A DNA stretch of 64,000 bases from Nannocystis bainbridge (GTDB lineage: Bacteria > Myxococcota_A > Polyangia > Nannocystales > Nannocystaceae), in the NCBI RefSeq assembly GCF_028368995.1, contig NZ_JAQNDL010000003.1, forward strand, positions 2,304,001 through 2,368,000, written 5' to 3'. The translations under genes were made by a program, and so were the position numbers. Position 1 is the first letter of the stretch, and each line of letters opens with the position of its first letter. This document shows positions 62,677 to 64,000 of the stretch, one piece after another. The notes beneath the pieces were generated by a model. It worked only from the letters and a program-made list of their open reading frames with translations. It was not told the DNA's origin and did not search any database.

Positions 62677-63645
62677 TCAGTCGGCCACGTACGTGACCCA
62701 CTCGCCGTCGTCGACGTCCCGCCCCGCGCAGCTCGGCAGGCCACAGTCGGTGACGGTGCCGGCGACCCGCGGGCTGCCGAGGCACAGCGCCCCGTCCTCG
62801 TTCCACACCGCCTCGACGTCGCCGAGCTCGGCCGTCGACCCCGGCGCCACCGTGCCGCCAGCGTTGGCCCAGTGGACCTCGGTGCCGTTCTGCGTGTAGC
62901 TCACGCCTTCGCCGCAGTAGTCCGCGGTGACCATCTTGAGCGTCGCCTGGCGCTGCGCCGGCGTGGTCGCGCTCGACTGCGGCCCGTAGCCGAGCAGGCG
63001 CATCTTGGCGGCGGCCGAGCCGGCGCAGGCGATCGTCAGCCAGCGGTTGCGGTTCGGGGTCACCGTCTTGGCCGCGAGGTCGTAGGTCTCGCCGCCGAGC
63101 ACCGTCGCCGCGCTGGCGAGCGTGTCGAGCAGGTCGCCGCTACAGACGTTGCGGACCCCGAGCAGCGCCCCCAGGTCGGGGTACAGCAGCGCGTAGGTCG
63201 GCACCTTCGGCGCGCCCGCGGCCCACGAATCGACCTCCTGATAGCCGAGCACCGTGATCGGCACCGGCAACGACAGCAGCCCCGACGCCTGGACCAGGAT
63301 CGTCGCCCCGATCAACTGCGCCCCCTTCAGGGTCTGACCGCCCGGGTTGCGGGCGACCAGCGCGTCGTTCTCGACCTCGAGGCGATAATTGCCGAGCAGC
63401 CCCAGCGGCGCCAAAAAGCCGGTGATACGCAGGCCCTCGCTGTTGGCGACGCCGTCGAGGTTGAGCTCGCGGATCGCTCTGCCGTTGACGTCGGCCGAGT
63501 TGAAGCCGCAGCGCCAGACCGGGCACGCGTGGGGCCGCAGCGCGACTTCGTCGCCGCCGCCGACCTCCTCGACGCTCTCCCCGTCGCAGCCCGCCGTCAT
63601 CGCCGTGACGGCCGCGAAGATCCAGTGATATGTCTTTTGGTACAT
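62677..63645 (-). CDS. ADYC-domain lipoprotein, paralog 3
   Basis: MTAGC; CPVWRCGFN; RQATLKMVTADYCG. Confidence 0.85.
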   Translation of the reverse strand: MYQKTYHWIFAAVTAMTAGCDGESVEEVGGGDEVALRPHACPVWRCGFNSADVNGRAIRELNLDGVANSEGLRITGFLAPLGLLGNYRLEVENDALVARNPGGQTLKGAQLIGATILVQASGLLSLPVPITVLGYQEVDSWAAGAPKVPTYALLYPDLGALLGVRNVCSGDLLDTLASAATVLGGETYDLAAKTVTPNRNRWLTIACAGSAAAKMRLLGYGPQSSATTPAQRQATLKMVTADYCGEGVSYTQNGTEVHWANAGGTVAPGSTAELGDVEAVWNEDGALCLGSPRVAGTVTDCGLPSCAGRDVDDGEWVTYVAD

Positions 63646-63674
63646 GTTACTTCCACTCCCGAGTTCGTACTGCT

Positions 63675-64000
63675 TTATGGACCGACCGTGTCCCCGGCGG
63701 CCGTGAGGGCCACCAACCGCTCGGTCCGCGCCAACTGTCGCGCAAAGCTGGGCCCGGCGCCGCGATAAAAATCGAGCGACGCTTGGAGGATCGAACGAGT
63801 GTCCGCCGCGCGAGCGAGGTCCAGCGCCACCAACGCCTCGACCAACCCCCGGCGGGTGCGGGCCATCGACGCCATGAATCGCGGCTCCCCGTCGACGATC
63901 GCCGCGTAATCCGCGATCGACGACGCGAACGCGTCGCGGGCCAGCGCCGGCTGTCCGGCGGCGAGCAAGTTGTGGCCGAGGATCGAGCGCAGCTCGGCGG
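63675..64000 (-). CDS. 3' end of a TPR-like protein (probably another kinase-TPR), truncated by the window end
   Basis: Helical text resembling the C-terminus of 54877-57639 (A...S.A...AR...L..AL...YR...F); same position upstream of an ADYC gene. Confidence 0.55.
   Translation of the reverse strand, partial: AELRSILGHNLLAAGQPALARDAFASSIADYAAIVDGEPRFMASMARTRRGLVEALVALDLARAADTRSILQASLDFYRGAGPSFARQLARTERLVALTAAGDTVGP

Overview
High-GC bacterial chromosomal DNA, very likely from a myxobacterium (Nannocystis-like). This is inferred from a MYXO-CTERM-like protease, ADYC-motif lipoproteins, a Ser/Thr kinase-TPR protein and many Cys-rich or Thr-rich lipoproteins. The window holds the core rpsB-tsf-pyrH-frr cluster, an orphan DNA methyltransferase, pcnB, a class II photolyase, a Tat-signal molybdo-hydroxylase operon and a WD40-caspase operon. 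The five most notable non-routine signals are: (1) an IS110 element whose ends can be mapped from its own bridge RNA, which appears to carry TWO target-binding loops plus one donor-binding loop; (2) a pervasive 14-bp-period palindromic DNA motif (GGACATGTCC-N4) forming arrays at gene ends and inside genes; (3) a 7-gene array of CCA-less, partly non-canonical tRNAs (five Leu-bodied, a C1:G72 Tyr, a Pro); (4) a six-repeat TAIPPMPPP lipoprotein beside a JmjC hydroxylase; (5) a divergent cyanuric-acid-hydrolase-family gene coupled to an AllA-like gene. All calls come from reading motifs by eye; no database searches were run.
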